A DNA stretch of 29,263 bases, from the IMG/VR virus record IMGVR_UViG_3300036399_001828, positions 1 through 29,263 of that record, one strand, 5' to 3'. A program made the position numbers and the translations under genes. Below the pieces are notes generated by a model. It searched no databases, was not told where the DNA came from, and was given only the letters and a program-made list of their open reading frames with translations. The DNA is from a virus (lineage: Duplodnaviria > Caudoviricetes). Shown piece after piece: positions 1 to 7,867 of the stretch (its first letter is position 1; every line of letters starts with the position of its first letter).

Positions 1-624
1 ATGAATGATATTTCCGAAGGAGATAATGTTTTGATTTGTGTAGATTCAATTGGTATGTTACGTTCTGATAAAGAAACACAAGATGCAATTGATAATAAGA
101 GTACCGCAGACATGACCCGTGCAAAACAATTAAAATCATTTTTCCGTATTATTACTGGTGAATCAGCAATCAAACAAATTCCAATTGTTATTGTAAATCA
201 TTCATATCAAACAATGGAATTATATTCCAAGGAAGTTGCCGCAGGTGGACGAGGAGCGCAATATGCTGCACACACTCTATTATTCATTACAAAAGCACAA
301 GAAAATGAAAAAGAAGATGGTAAAAACGTATTGTCCGGATTCCGTTTTACTCTTCGTGCAGGATTAAGTCGCTATGTTAAAGAGAATGCATCATTCCCGG
401 TTTCTGTTTATTTCGGAGACGGAGTTAATCGTTATTCTGGATTATTTGATTTTGCTTTAGAATTCGGAATCTTAAAAACTGAAAAACAAGGATGGTATAT
501 TGTGCCGGGAGATGAAAAACAAAAAAGAAGGGCAGAAATTGAAGAAGATTCTGATTTCATGGAAAGTCTTCTAGCAAACAAAGAGTTTTGTGAAAAAATA
601 GAAAAGAAATATGCTATCCAATAA
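1..624 (+). CDS. uvsX: UvsX/RecA-like recombinase, C-terminal part (5' truncated by the window edge)
   Basis: Walker B-like VLICVDSIGML and the T4 UvsX-like segment ADMTRAKQLKSFFRII...IPIVIVNHSYQ...GGRG. Walker A is absent, so the gene probably starts upstream. It precedes gp41 as in T4. Confidence 0.9.
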   Translation: MNDISEGDNVLICVDSIGMLRSDKETQDAIDNKSTADMTRAKQLKSFFRIITGESAIKQIPIVIVNHSYQTMELYSKEVAAGGRGAQYAAHTLLFITKAQENEKEDGKNVLSGFRFTLRAGLSRYVKENASFPVSVYFGDGVNRYSGLFDFALEFGILKTEKQGWYIVPGDEKQKRRAEIEEDSDFMESLLANKEFCEKIEKKYAIQ

Positions 625-632
625 ATAGCATT

Positions 633-926
633 ATGATTGAAGCTATTATCAAAATGACTGGTGCAATGATTGACAAGCCAGTTTTCAAAAAGATAATTAT
701 TGAAAAAGAGGATGATATAGCTGTTAGAAGAAAAAATGAGGAAACGGAAAAAATCGAACAACTGACTATTGCTCAGTTGTTCGATTCTTTTTTAAAAAAA
801 TCCAATTATATAAAAACGGGAGACGAAGTCGATTATACATTATTTGAGAGTTGGTTTTTACAAAAATTCATCAAAGGTAAAAACATAGAAAGTAGAATTA
901 TAAGCATCGAATATAAAAGAGTCTAA
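633..926 (+). CDS. hypothetical protein
   Basis: 97-aa ORF filling the gap between uvsX and the helicase, with TAAATA (622-627) 5 nt before the ATG. Confidence 0.7.
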   Translation: MIEAIIKMTGAMIDKPVFKKIIIEKEDDIAVRRKNEETEKIEQLTIAQLFDSFLKKSNYIKTGDEVDYTLFESWFLQKFIKGKNIESRIISIEYKRV

Positions 927-934
927 GGAATTTC

Positions 935-963
935 TTGACTTTCTTGCTATAGTGCGCCATAGT
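935..963 (+). promoter_or_regulatory. sigma70-type promoter for the helicase gene
   Basis: TTGACT(935-940)-N17-CATAGT(958-963), ending 5 nt before the ATG at 969. Confidence 0.55.
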
Positions 964-968
964 TTAGA

Positions 969-3359
969 ATGGCAAAAATAGACCTTGATCGTTTTGAAAG
1001 AACAATTCTTCAACACTGTTTGAAGAAAGATTCAGCATATCTTGCATCTATTATAGATTACTTGGATAAGAGTCTATTTAAAGATAAGCATATTGGAAAT
1101 GTCATTTCCATCATTCACGACTTTTATATTGAACGAAATAGTATTCCAAGTCTTACAGAAATAAAACTAAGGGCTAGTGATGCCAACTTGAAAGAAAGTC
1201 TAAAAGCAACTGTAGATTATATTAGAAAACTAGATAGTGATTATAATGAAGAGGAATTGATATTTAATACTGAATATTTTATAAAGCAGAGAAAATTCGG
1301 GATTTTGACAGAAAAAATCATTGATGAAAAATCAAATTCCCGTGAATTCAAATTAGATGATATTCAAAAAGAATCAGAAAAAATCCATGCTATTACTCTT
1401 ATAGATAATCTGGGTTTGGATTATTTTTCTGATAATGAACGAATTGTAGAATATTTAAAACAAAAAGATTCATTAATTTCAACAGGATATATAGGGTTGG
1501 ATGAAGCATTTGGTGGAGGATTTCAAAAAGAAGGAAAAGCTATTTATGATATTGGCGGAGAAACTAATGTGGGGAAAGCTCAACCGAATTCTCTAGAAAT
1601 TTATACTCCTTCTGGGTATAAGAAATTTGGGGAACTTTGTGTGGGCGACTTGGTATATGGGAAAACTGGAAAGCCTATCAGAATCACTCATATTCATCCA
1701 CAAGGAATCAAAAAGGTGTATAAAGTATCTTTTATGGATGGAAGAAGCACACTGTGCTGCCCAGAACATTTATGGACAGTGTGGAATTCTTGTAAATCTC
1801 GTTATCAAACACTTGATACAGAAACTATTAAATTCAAAATTGAAAATTATGTCACATACAAGAATCGACTTCAAGTTCCATTGTGTGAACCAGTGGAATT
1901 TCCAAATGACATGAAAAAATTAATTATTCCACCATATCTTATGGGAGCATTGCTAGGAGATGGGGGATTGAGTATTTCTCGTAGAACATCATTTACTAAT
2001 TTTGACGATATCTGTTTGTATAGAGTAAGAGAAGAATTATCTTCTATGGGTTTAGAACTGTCTGGAACCCGTGGAATTAATATAGTAAAAAAACGAGGAG
2101 TATCTTACAATCCACTAGTCGAAGAATTAGAAAGATTAGGATTAAGTGAAAAGAAATCAGATACAAAATTTATTCCAGAAAAGTATATTTATACTTCCGT
2201 CGAAAACCGTATTGCATTGTTGGAAGGTATGATAGATACAGATGGATTCATAGGAAAGAATAGTTCCATGGAAATTCTTCTTAAAAATGAACAAATGATT
2301 AATCAACTGGCGTTCGTTGTTCGTTCATTAGGAGGCAATGCAAAAGTATCAAGCACCCAAAAGAAATATAAAGGAGAATATCATACATATTATACGTTGC
2401 GAATCAGATTTGATTATGATTTTCGGAAAAGAATGAACTTGATTCCTCGTAAAGATGAACGACTAATTCTATTTGGTAAAAATAAAAAGAAAGAAATTCA
2501 TAATAGCATAACTAAAGTTGAACTCTATTCAGACGGAGAGGAATGCACCTGCATCACTGTAGATGCGGAAGATCACTTATATTTGACGAATGATTTTATT
2601 GTTACCCACAATAGCATTTGTCTTGCGAATATTGCAGTAAATATAATTCTTCAAAATTTAAATGTTGTTATTGTTTCACCTGAAATGTCTGAAATGCGAT
2701 ATGCTAAAAGAATTTCCGGTATGTTGACAGGAATTGCAATTGCAACATTAGGAGAAAATATTGACAAATACCAAAGAGATATTAATCAAATTAAAAATAA
2801 GTTATCATCAAAATTGATTATTAAAGAAGTTCCGACAAAAGGAGTTTCTGCAAAAAATATTGGAGCATACTTAAAAAAGATACGTGATAAAAAAGGATTT
2901 GAATCTGATTTGATATGCATTGATGGACATGCATTATTGCGTCCCTCAGTTAATCAACCTTCTAAGCATGCCGAACTACAGTTTATTGTTCAAGAATGTC
3001 GAGGTTTGAGTTATGTTTTTGAAGCACCTATCTTAACAGTGGCTCAACTTAATCGGGGAAGTCATAAAGCAAACAATCCCGGATTGGATAATATGGCAGG
3101 AAGTTGGGACCAATTAGCAGATTTTGATTCGCATGTTAATATTTGGCAAACCGATGAAGATCGGGAAGCAAACATGATTCGCTATAGCGGTAAAAAAGTG
3201 CGAGATGGTGCAAAAGGGGGCGAAGGATTTTTATCAATTGATTATGATACTCTTCGTTTATCAGAAGATTCTGATGACATGCCAAATATACCATCATTTA
3301 ATAAAAAAGGTAATTTATCAGATATTTTGGATATTGATTCTTTGATCAATATCAGTTAA
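969..3359 (+). CDS. 41: gp41/DnaB-like replicative helicase precursor containing an intein (796 aa; about 451 aa after splicing)
   Basis: TGYIGLDEAFGGG; Walker A GGETNVGK/S interrupted by the intein; SPEMSE; Walker B LICIDG; ILTVAQLNR; KVRDG. Confidence 0.93.
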   Translation: MAKIDLDRFERTILQHCLKKDSAYLASIIDYLDKSLFKDKHIGNVISIIHDFYIERNSIPSLTEIKLRASDANLKESLKATVDYIRKLDSDYNEEELIFNTEYFIKQRKFGILTEKIIDEKSNSREFKLDDIQKESEKIHAITLIDNLGLDYFSDNERIVEYLKQKDSLISTGYIGLDEAFGGGFQKEGKAIYDIGGETNVGKAQPNSLEIYTPSGYKKFGELCVGDLVYGKTGKPIRITHIHPQGIKKVYKVSFMDGRSTLCCPEHLWTVWNSCKSRYQTLDTETIKFKIENYVTYKNRLQVPLCEPVEFPNDMKKLIIPPYLMGALLGDGGLSISRRTSFTNFDDICLYRVREELSSMGLELSGTRGINIVKKRGVSYNPLVEELERLGLSEKKSDTKFIPEKYIYTSVENRIALLEGMIDTDGFIGKNSSMEILLKNEQMINQLAFVVRSLGGNAKVSSTQKKYKGEYHTYYTLRIRFDYDFRKRMNLIPRKDERLILFGKNKKKEIHNSITKVELYSDGEECTCITVDAEDHLYLTNDFIVTHNSICLANIAVNIILQNLNVVIVSPEMSEMRYAKRISGMLTGIAIATLGENIDKYQRDINQIKNKLSSKLIIKEVPTKGVSAKNIGAYLKKIRDKKGFESDLICIDGHALLRPSVNQPSKHAELQFIVQECRGLSYVFEAPILTVAQLNRGSHKANNPGLDNMAGSWDQLADFDSHVNIWQTDEDREANMIRYSGKKVRDGAKGGEGFLSIDYDTLRLSEDSDDMPNIPSFNKKGNLSDILDIDSLINIS
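1578..2612 (+). mobile_element. class-3 (Ala1, W-C-T) intein with LAGLIDADG homing endonuclease, 345 aa, in the helicase P-loop
   Basis: Begins AQPNSLEIYTPSG after GK. Block B CCPEHLW; LAGLIDADG blocks PYLMGALLGDGG and ALLEGMIDTDG; block F ECTCITVD; ends FIVTHN followed by Ser+1. Confidence 0.93.
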
Positions 3360-3368
3360 ATAAAAATA

Positions 3369-3635
3369 ATGTATAATGATGACTTTGTATCTCCGTGTGC
3401 TAATACTTTCTTAATAAATCAAGAATTAGAAGATTTGATAAACAAATTTGGGAGTTTAGTAACAATTGTTACTAATAAACCAATTTCATGTGTTACGTTG
3501 TTTCTAACAATACAAAAACATCAACAGTTACAAAATGCTCTAGTTGAAATGTCAGAAACTTCGTGGTATTCTATTGTAGAATATATGGCATATCGTTATC
3601 CTTCTCTTAACAAATCGAAAAAAATTAAAAAATGA
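3369..3635 (+). CDS. hypothetical protein
   Basis: 88-aa ORF with TAAATA-N6-ATG; its end overlaps the start of the next gene. Confidence 0.7.
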   Translation: MYNDDFVSPCANTFLINQELEDLINKFGSLVTIVTNKPISCVTLFLTIQKHQQLQNALVEMSETSWYSIVEYMAYRYPSLNKSKKIKK

Positions 3636-4303
3636 ATCAATTAACGGAAAAGCAGAAACAAATTTATAATTTATATTTAAAATCATATCGTCAAAACAAA
3701 AATGAACCTTTTCGTGCAAAAAAGAATTTTTCAGATATTGAAAAAGATGAAAAGAAAATATTTCAATTAGCTAAAATAGAAAAAATCTTTCAAAAATATC
3801 CTGCATTTTCCAGTCAGAAATATTTTGATGCACCTTATAAAATTTACAACGATGAAAAGCCTTATTACTCTTTGAGTTTTTATAGTAGTCAAAAAGGAAT
3901 TTCTACATGTTTAGCGTTTTTGCAACTACTAAAAGATAGTGAACCAGAAACACAATTTGAATTTTTCAAAGAATCTTATAAATTTATTGCAAAGTTTTGT
4001 ATTGAAAAAGAAATAAGTTTTTCAGAATACCCTAAATTTTGTTCAGTGGCTCAAAACGATTGCTTAATTCATTTAAAACAACATAAAATCTCTTGGTATG
4101 TTGTTTTTAGTATTCCAGAATTTTACAATTTATTGTATAATTTGCCAAAAGATGAATTTGAATTATATTTTGGGTCTTCAATGAATTTACAAAATTTGTA
4201 TAACAAATATCAAGGAAGCCAGAAGACAAAAGAATTTCTGAGTAAAGTCCAAGAAAAAATAGCAAGATACATCAGAAAACAGTTGCAAAGGGGAGCAAAG
4301 TAG
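3632..4303 (+). CDS. probable gp59-like helicase loader
   Basis: 223 aa, all-helical character. QIYNLYL, FEFFKESYKFIAKF and LIHLKQHKISW resemble T4 gp59 segments, and it lies immediately upstream of gp32 as in T4. Confidence 0.55.
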   Translation: MNQLTEKQKQIYNLYLKSYRQNKNEPFRAKKNFSDIEKDEKKIFQLAKIEKIFQKYPAFSSQKYFDAPYKIYNDEKPYYSLSFYSSQKGISTCLAFLQLLKDSEPETQFEFFKESYKFIAKFCIEKEISFSEYPKFCSVAQNDCLIHLKQHKISWYVVFSIPEFYNLLYNLPKDEFELYFGSSMNLQNLYNKYQGSQKTKEFLSKVQEKIARYIRKQLQRGAK

Positions 4304-4311
4304 TGTAAGAT
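4283..4311 (+). promoter_or_regulatory. sigma70-type promoter driving the ACAGCAA RNA elements
   Basis: TTGCAA(4283-4288)-N17-TAAGAT(4306-4311). The predicted start near 4317-4318 coincides with the first base of the RNA stem. Confidence 0.6.
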
Positions 4312-4317
4312 AAAGGA

Positions 4318-4380
4318 AGAAGCGATACAGCAAATAAAAAGATGTTTTATCCTTACAACAAACAACCAAAATCGCTTCTG
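4318..4380 (+). ncRNA. structured RNA element 1 (closing stem-ACAGCAA)
   Basis: AGAAGCGAT(4318-4326) pairs with ATCGCTTCT(4371-4379); ACAGCAA at 4327-4333; internal ATAAAA/TTTTAT hairpin. Confidence 0.6.
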
Positions 4381-4386
4381 TCAATA

Positions 4387-4487
4387 AGATTTCACACAGC
4401 AAATTAAAAACTATTTTTTATTTGATCTAAAAACCGTCCAGTTCGATTCTGGAAATGGTGCTGGTGCAGGAAAACCGACGAAATCTG
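4387..4487 (+). ncRNA. structured RNA element 2 (closing stem-ACAGCAA plus tRNA-like T-arm)
   Basis: AGATTTC(4387-4393) pairs with GAAATCT(4480-4486); ACAGCAA at 4396-4402; T-arm TCCAG-TTCGATT-CTGGA (4437-4453). Confidence 0.62.
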
Positions 4488-4565
4488 ATAAATACTAATG
4501 TAGGTAAAACTACAAAATATAACCTAAAAAGTTGAGAAAATATTAAGAAACAAATTAAGAAAATT

Positions 4566-5513
4566 ATGATAAATCTAGAAGATATTGTTAATCAAGTCAA
4601 AGCTGTTGAGGAAACTCGCACTGAAAATGAAAAAGGCGGATATAAGGGAGATGAAAGACTCCTGTCCCTCAAAAAGAATTGCACATATACTGTGCGTCTC
4701 ATGCCAAATATTAAGGACGTAGATAATACGTTTGTTACATACAAGGAAATCGGATTCACCTCCCGTGTAGATAACTCCTTTATTTTTGGCGGTCGTTCTC
4801 CATCTGATGCAGGAATTAAAGAAGATCCTTATAAAGCTACTCAATGGAAACATTATAGTGAAGCTAACAAAGCAGGTGACGACGCAGAAAAAAAAGCATC
4901 ATATAAGTTGCTTGGTCAACGTAAGCAATTAGTTAATGCTTATTTGGTGAGTGTGGATGGGGATGATCCAGAAGGAAAAGAAAAAGTTGGTAAAGTTGTT
5001 GTTGTTCGTTATCCAGCACAACTTGATAAGACTAATGCACCAATTAGTGATGTATTCAAACGTATTCATGGTGCCATTTTTGGTGACATGAGTAAAAAGA
5101 TTGGAACTAAAGCATTGGATTTGAGTGAAAAGGGTAAATCTCTTATCATTAAAGTTACGGAAAAAGGTGGTTATCATAACTATTCCGAAACAATGTTTGA
5201 TGATGCAGAAACACTTGGACTTAGTCAGGAACGTATCGTGGAACTTCTTCAAGAAGCACACGATTTGAAAACATTTATTCCAGAGGTAAAACCTGTGGAA
5301 GAAATTAAAGAAATCTTGTCTAAGCACTGGTTCGGAGAAAGTGCTTCTCCAGATGACGAAATGGACGATGAAGATGAAGATGAAGATGAAGCACCAGTTG
5401 TTAAAAAGTCTAAATCTGTTAAACTCAATTCTAAAAAAGTTGATAAAGAGGAAGACGAAATTCCAATGGGAGATAGTGCAGACGATGATCTGGACGAACT
5501 CTTAAAGGATTGA
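4566..5513 (+). CDS. 32: gp32-like single-stranded DNA-binding protein
   Basis: YTVRLMP...TFVTYKEIGF, RKQLVNAYLV...DPEGKEKVGKVVVVRY and KGGYHNYSETMF parallel gp32 core motifs; strongly acidic C-terminal tail ending DDDLDELLKD. Confidence 0.85.
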   Translation: MINLEDIVNQVKAVEETRTENEKGGYKGDERLLSLKKNCTYTVRLMPNIKDVDNTFVTYKEIGFTSRVDNSFIFGGRSPSDAGIKEDPYKATQWKHYSEANKAGDDAEKKASYKLLGQRKQLVNAYLVSVDGDDPEGKEKVGKVVVVRYPAQLDKTNAPISDVFKRIHGAIFGDMSKKIGTKALDLSEKGKSLIIKVTEKGGYHNYSETMFDDAETLGLSQERIVELLQEAHDLKTFIPEVKPVEEIKEILSKHWFGESASPDDEMDDEDEDEDEAPVVKKSKSVKLNSKKVDKEEDEIPMGDSADDDLDELLKD

Positions 5514-5529
5514 TCGTTGAAAATTTCGT

Positions 5530-5589
5530 GGATGCCGCTAAATAATGTTTATGGATGATAATACAGACATTGCATTTTTAGCGGCATCC
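5530..5589 (+). promoter_or_regulatory. hairpin overlapping a late promoter and start codon(s)
   Basis: GGATGCCGCTAAA(5530-5542) and TTTAGCGGCATCC(5577-5589) form a perfect 13-bp inverted repeat; TAAATA lies at 5539-5544. Confidence 0.65.
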
Positions 5590-6141
5590 GTCGAAAGACA
5601 AATGAGACAAAATCTTGCCGGAAGTTCCGGATTACGTCATAATCGCACCGATTTTAGAAATTTTTTAAATAATGGAGGAAATCAACGTCCAAATCCTCCA
5701 CAATATATTGGGCAACAACAATACCCTCCCCAATATCCCCCTCAGTATGCGCCTCCACAACAATATGCGCCTGTTGATCCGAACATTCCAGAAGGAGTTA
5801 TTCCCCCAGCAAATCCAAATTTGATTCCCATGCCGGGAGGTTTTTCGCCTCCACCGCAAACTCCTCAATATGGAATGCCTGCAATGGAGTCAACTAGTAA
5901 TTTTAATATACCAGATTACAATGCAAAACAAAAACAATATCTTGATGATGAACAACAATTTCGTGATGCATTAATAACTGAAGTTAAATCTTTGAAATCT
6001 GAAATAAAATCTTTAAAAACTTCTATTAAAGACTTGAAAAAACAAGTCTCTGCGCTTATACTAAGCAATCAAATTATTTTAGACCGTTTATCTCCTCCAA
6101 CTACCGCCGCTCTTCCTGATGAAAATCCAGATCAATCCTAA
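5551..6141 (+). CDS. hypothetical protein with a Pro/Gln-rich linker and C-terminal coiled coil
   Basis: QYPP repeats and the heptad stretch VKSLKSEIKSLKTSIKDLKKQV. Start placed at 5551 from TAAATA-N6 spacing; 5545 is the alternative. Confidence 0.75.
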   Translation: MDDNTDIAFLAASVERQMRQNLAGSSGLRHNRTDFRNFLNNGGNQRPNPPQYIGQQQYPPQYPPQYAPPQQYAPVDPNIPEGVIPPANPNLIPMPGGFSPPPQTPQYGMPAMESTSNFNIPDYNAKQKQYLDDEQQFRDALITEVKSLKSEIKSLKTSIKDLKKQVSALILSNQIILDRLSPPTTAALPDENPDQS

Positions 6142-6853
6142 AGAATTTATAGCTCATTTTATCAATCCAATTAATGAATTGAATAAAGAAGGTAAAATAG
6201 CTATTTTTACTCATGATAATGAATTATATTCAGTTTCATCAACCAAATCAAGAACAATTCATCTTTACAATACGTATCGTCCATTGAATATTTCTGAATC
6301 AATCGACCGATGCAGCATTAATGTATTGAAATTGATTAAAGGATTACAATGTATTAATAATGACGAAACATTTATATCTTTGGATTTTTCTCTTGAAAAT
6401 GGAATGTGTTCATTTTCCACAAATGATATTAAATTCAATATTAGGCTATTGGATGATAATTTGGTAGATGTTCCTAAATTCAACATAAACACATTTCGCC
6501 AATTCGAAGTTCATCATTCGTTGGAAATTAGCGTGGATAAAGTTAATAATATTCGAAAAGCATTGGAATTTTCCACCGATACCTGTAAATTTTACCTACA
6601 ACAAGAAGAAAATAATGTATATTTTTATTTTGGTGATAAGTCAGCAACCCATTATGATGATATCAAAATTCTTGTTACTGATAGTGCAACCTCAATTATT
6701 CCGCAAAAAGCGTATGATATTGATATTTTGAGGTTTATACTAAAAGCCAAAAACGATTTTTCAATGAAATTAAATGACAATGGAGTCATGTACATCGAAG
6801 TTGAAAACCCCAACACAAACCTAAAATACATAACAACCCCACTTATAAAATAA
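6119..6853 (+). CDS. probable DNA polymerase sliding clamp (gp45/PCNA-like)
   Basis: 244 aa with a two-domain alpha/beta pattern, a C-terminal LKYITTP strand typical of clamps, and a position in the replication cluster. Confidence 0.65.
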   Translation: MKIQINPKEFIAHFINPINELNKEGKIAIFTHDNELYSVSSTKSRTIHLYNTYRPLNISESIDRCSINVLKLIKGLQCINNDETFISLDFSLENGMCSFSTNDIKFNIRLLDDNLVDVPKFNINTFRQFEVHHSLEISVDKVNNIRKALEFSTDTCKFYLQQEENNVYFYFGDKSATHYDDIKILVTDSATSIIPQKAYDIDILRFILKAKNDFSMKLNDNGVMYIEVENPNTNLKYITTPLIK

Positions 6854-7162
6854 ATGGACTACAATAACTTTTCAGGTCGCCTGAAGAATACCAACTATAC
6901 TGTCACCCGACAAAATATCAGTTATAATCAACTTGATACTCGTTGCTGGACAGCTATTATAAACCAAGGAACAGATAATATATTTGTAACTTATAATGTT
7001 AACCGATACGATATAGGAACTCAATATTTCGATATCATTTCATCTAATAGAATTTTGACTGATGTTGAAGTTGACGATGTTTTTGATACAATCGAATATA
7101 TTTGTACAAAGAGTCCTCTTCTCGTAGATCAACCCCAAGAAACCGCTGAATTAAATGTCTAA
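6854..7162 (+). CDS. hypothetical protein (paralog of the next gene)
   Basis: RLKNTNYTV...Y.QLDTRCWTAIINQG..NIFVT pattern shared with 7155..7463. Confidence 0.75.
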   Translation: MDYNNFSGRLKNTNYTVTRQNISYNQLDTRCWTAIINQGTDNIFVTYNVNRYDIGTQYFDIISSNRILTDVEVDDVFDTIEYICTKSPLLVDQPQETAELNV

Positions 7163-7463
7163 TAAACTTACTACTAAAAGCTATTGTATTAAACGTCTTC
7201 GTGACATTGGATACACAATTGACAAAGAAGATGCATTCGATTATGCACAAACTGATGAAAGAAAGTGGTCATTTATCATAGATAACGGAGGAATGAGTAT
7301 CTTCATCACTTGCTATAAAGATGAAACAATGCATCTTTATGATGGAGGAAGATATACTAATACCAACTTACGTCTTGACACTGACAGTGTCGAAGTTTTG
7401 GCAGAATATTTGAATAGTCGAGGACTTATTCATAAACATCCGAGATACCATCAACGAAGTTGA
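7155..7463 (+). CDS. hypothetical protein (paralog of the previous gene)
   Basis: RLRDIGYTI...Y.QTDERKWSFIIDNG..SIFIT. Confidence 0.78.
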   Translation: MSNKLTTKSYCIKRLRDIGYTIDKEDAFDYAQTDERKWSFIIDNGGMSIFITCYKDETMHLYDGGRYTNTNLRLDTDSVEVLAEYLNSRGLIHKHPRYHQRS

Positions 7464-7504
7464 AAAAGAAAAGGGAGAGATGAAAGTCTCTCCCTTTTCT
7501 TTTT
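7463..7504 (+). terminator. intrinsic terminator (potentially bidirectional)
   Basis: 18-bp perfect inverted repeat AAAAAGAAAAGGGAGAGA / TCTCTCCCTTTTCTTTTT with loop TGAAAG, directly after the stop codon. Confidence 0.85.
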
Positions 7505-7528
7505 ATAAAGAGACTGATAAGTAAACTT

Positions 7529-7867
7529 GTGGACGATAAAAACAAACAACCATCAAAGTCCGATATTAGAAAAATTGAAAAAATATTGGAATCCGCCGAT
7601 AAAAAGGAACCGACTATTCGCCGCAAACCTAAACAGAAAACGCCAGAGGAAAAATACAAATTAGGAAATGCGATTGCTACGGTTTTAGCAGAATATACTG
7701 ATTGTTATATTTTAGTCGGTTTTGATACAAGCGGAAATGATATGATATTAGTCAATTCGGCAAATAACATGGAAATGAGAGCATTATCCGATTTAGCATC
7801 TGATTTTTTAGAATTGCAAAATAGAGGAATATCTGCTCAAGATTTTATGGATGACAACGATGATTAA
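7529..7867 (+). CDS. hypothetical protein
   Basis: 112 aa, GTG start 5 nt after TAAGTA; basic N-terminal half and a small alpha/beta domain. Confidence 0.7.
   Translation: MDDKNKQPSKSDIRKIEKILESADKKEPTIRRKPKQKTPEEKYKLGNAIATVLAEYTDCYILVGFDTSGNDMILVNSANNMEMRALSDLASDFLELQNRGISAQDFMDDNDD

Noticed and set aside
3369-3635. gp33 late co-activator, suggested by 33-59-32 synteny
   Set aside because: Size and position fit, but I cannot see gp33 sequence motifs.
4304-4379. H-type pseudoknot (TGTAAGATAAA with TTTATCCTTACA crossing the AGAAGCGAT stem)
   Set aside because: The first strand overlaps the predicted -10 box and would not be in that transcript; it is possible only on read-through RNA.
4425-4487. 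Bona fide tRNA gene
   Set aside because: Only a T-arm is canonical. There is no upstream D and anticodon arm in the correct order, and no acceptor stem or CCA.
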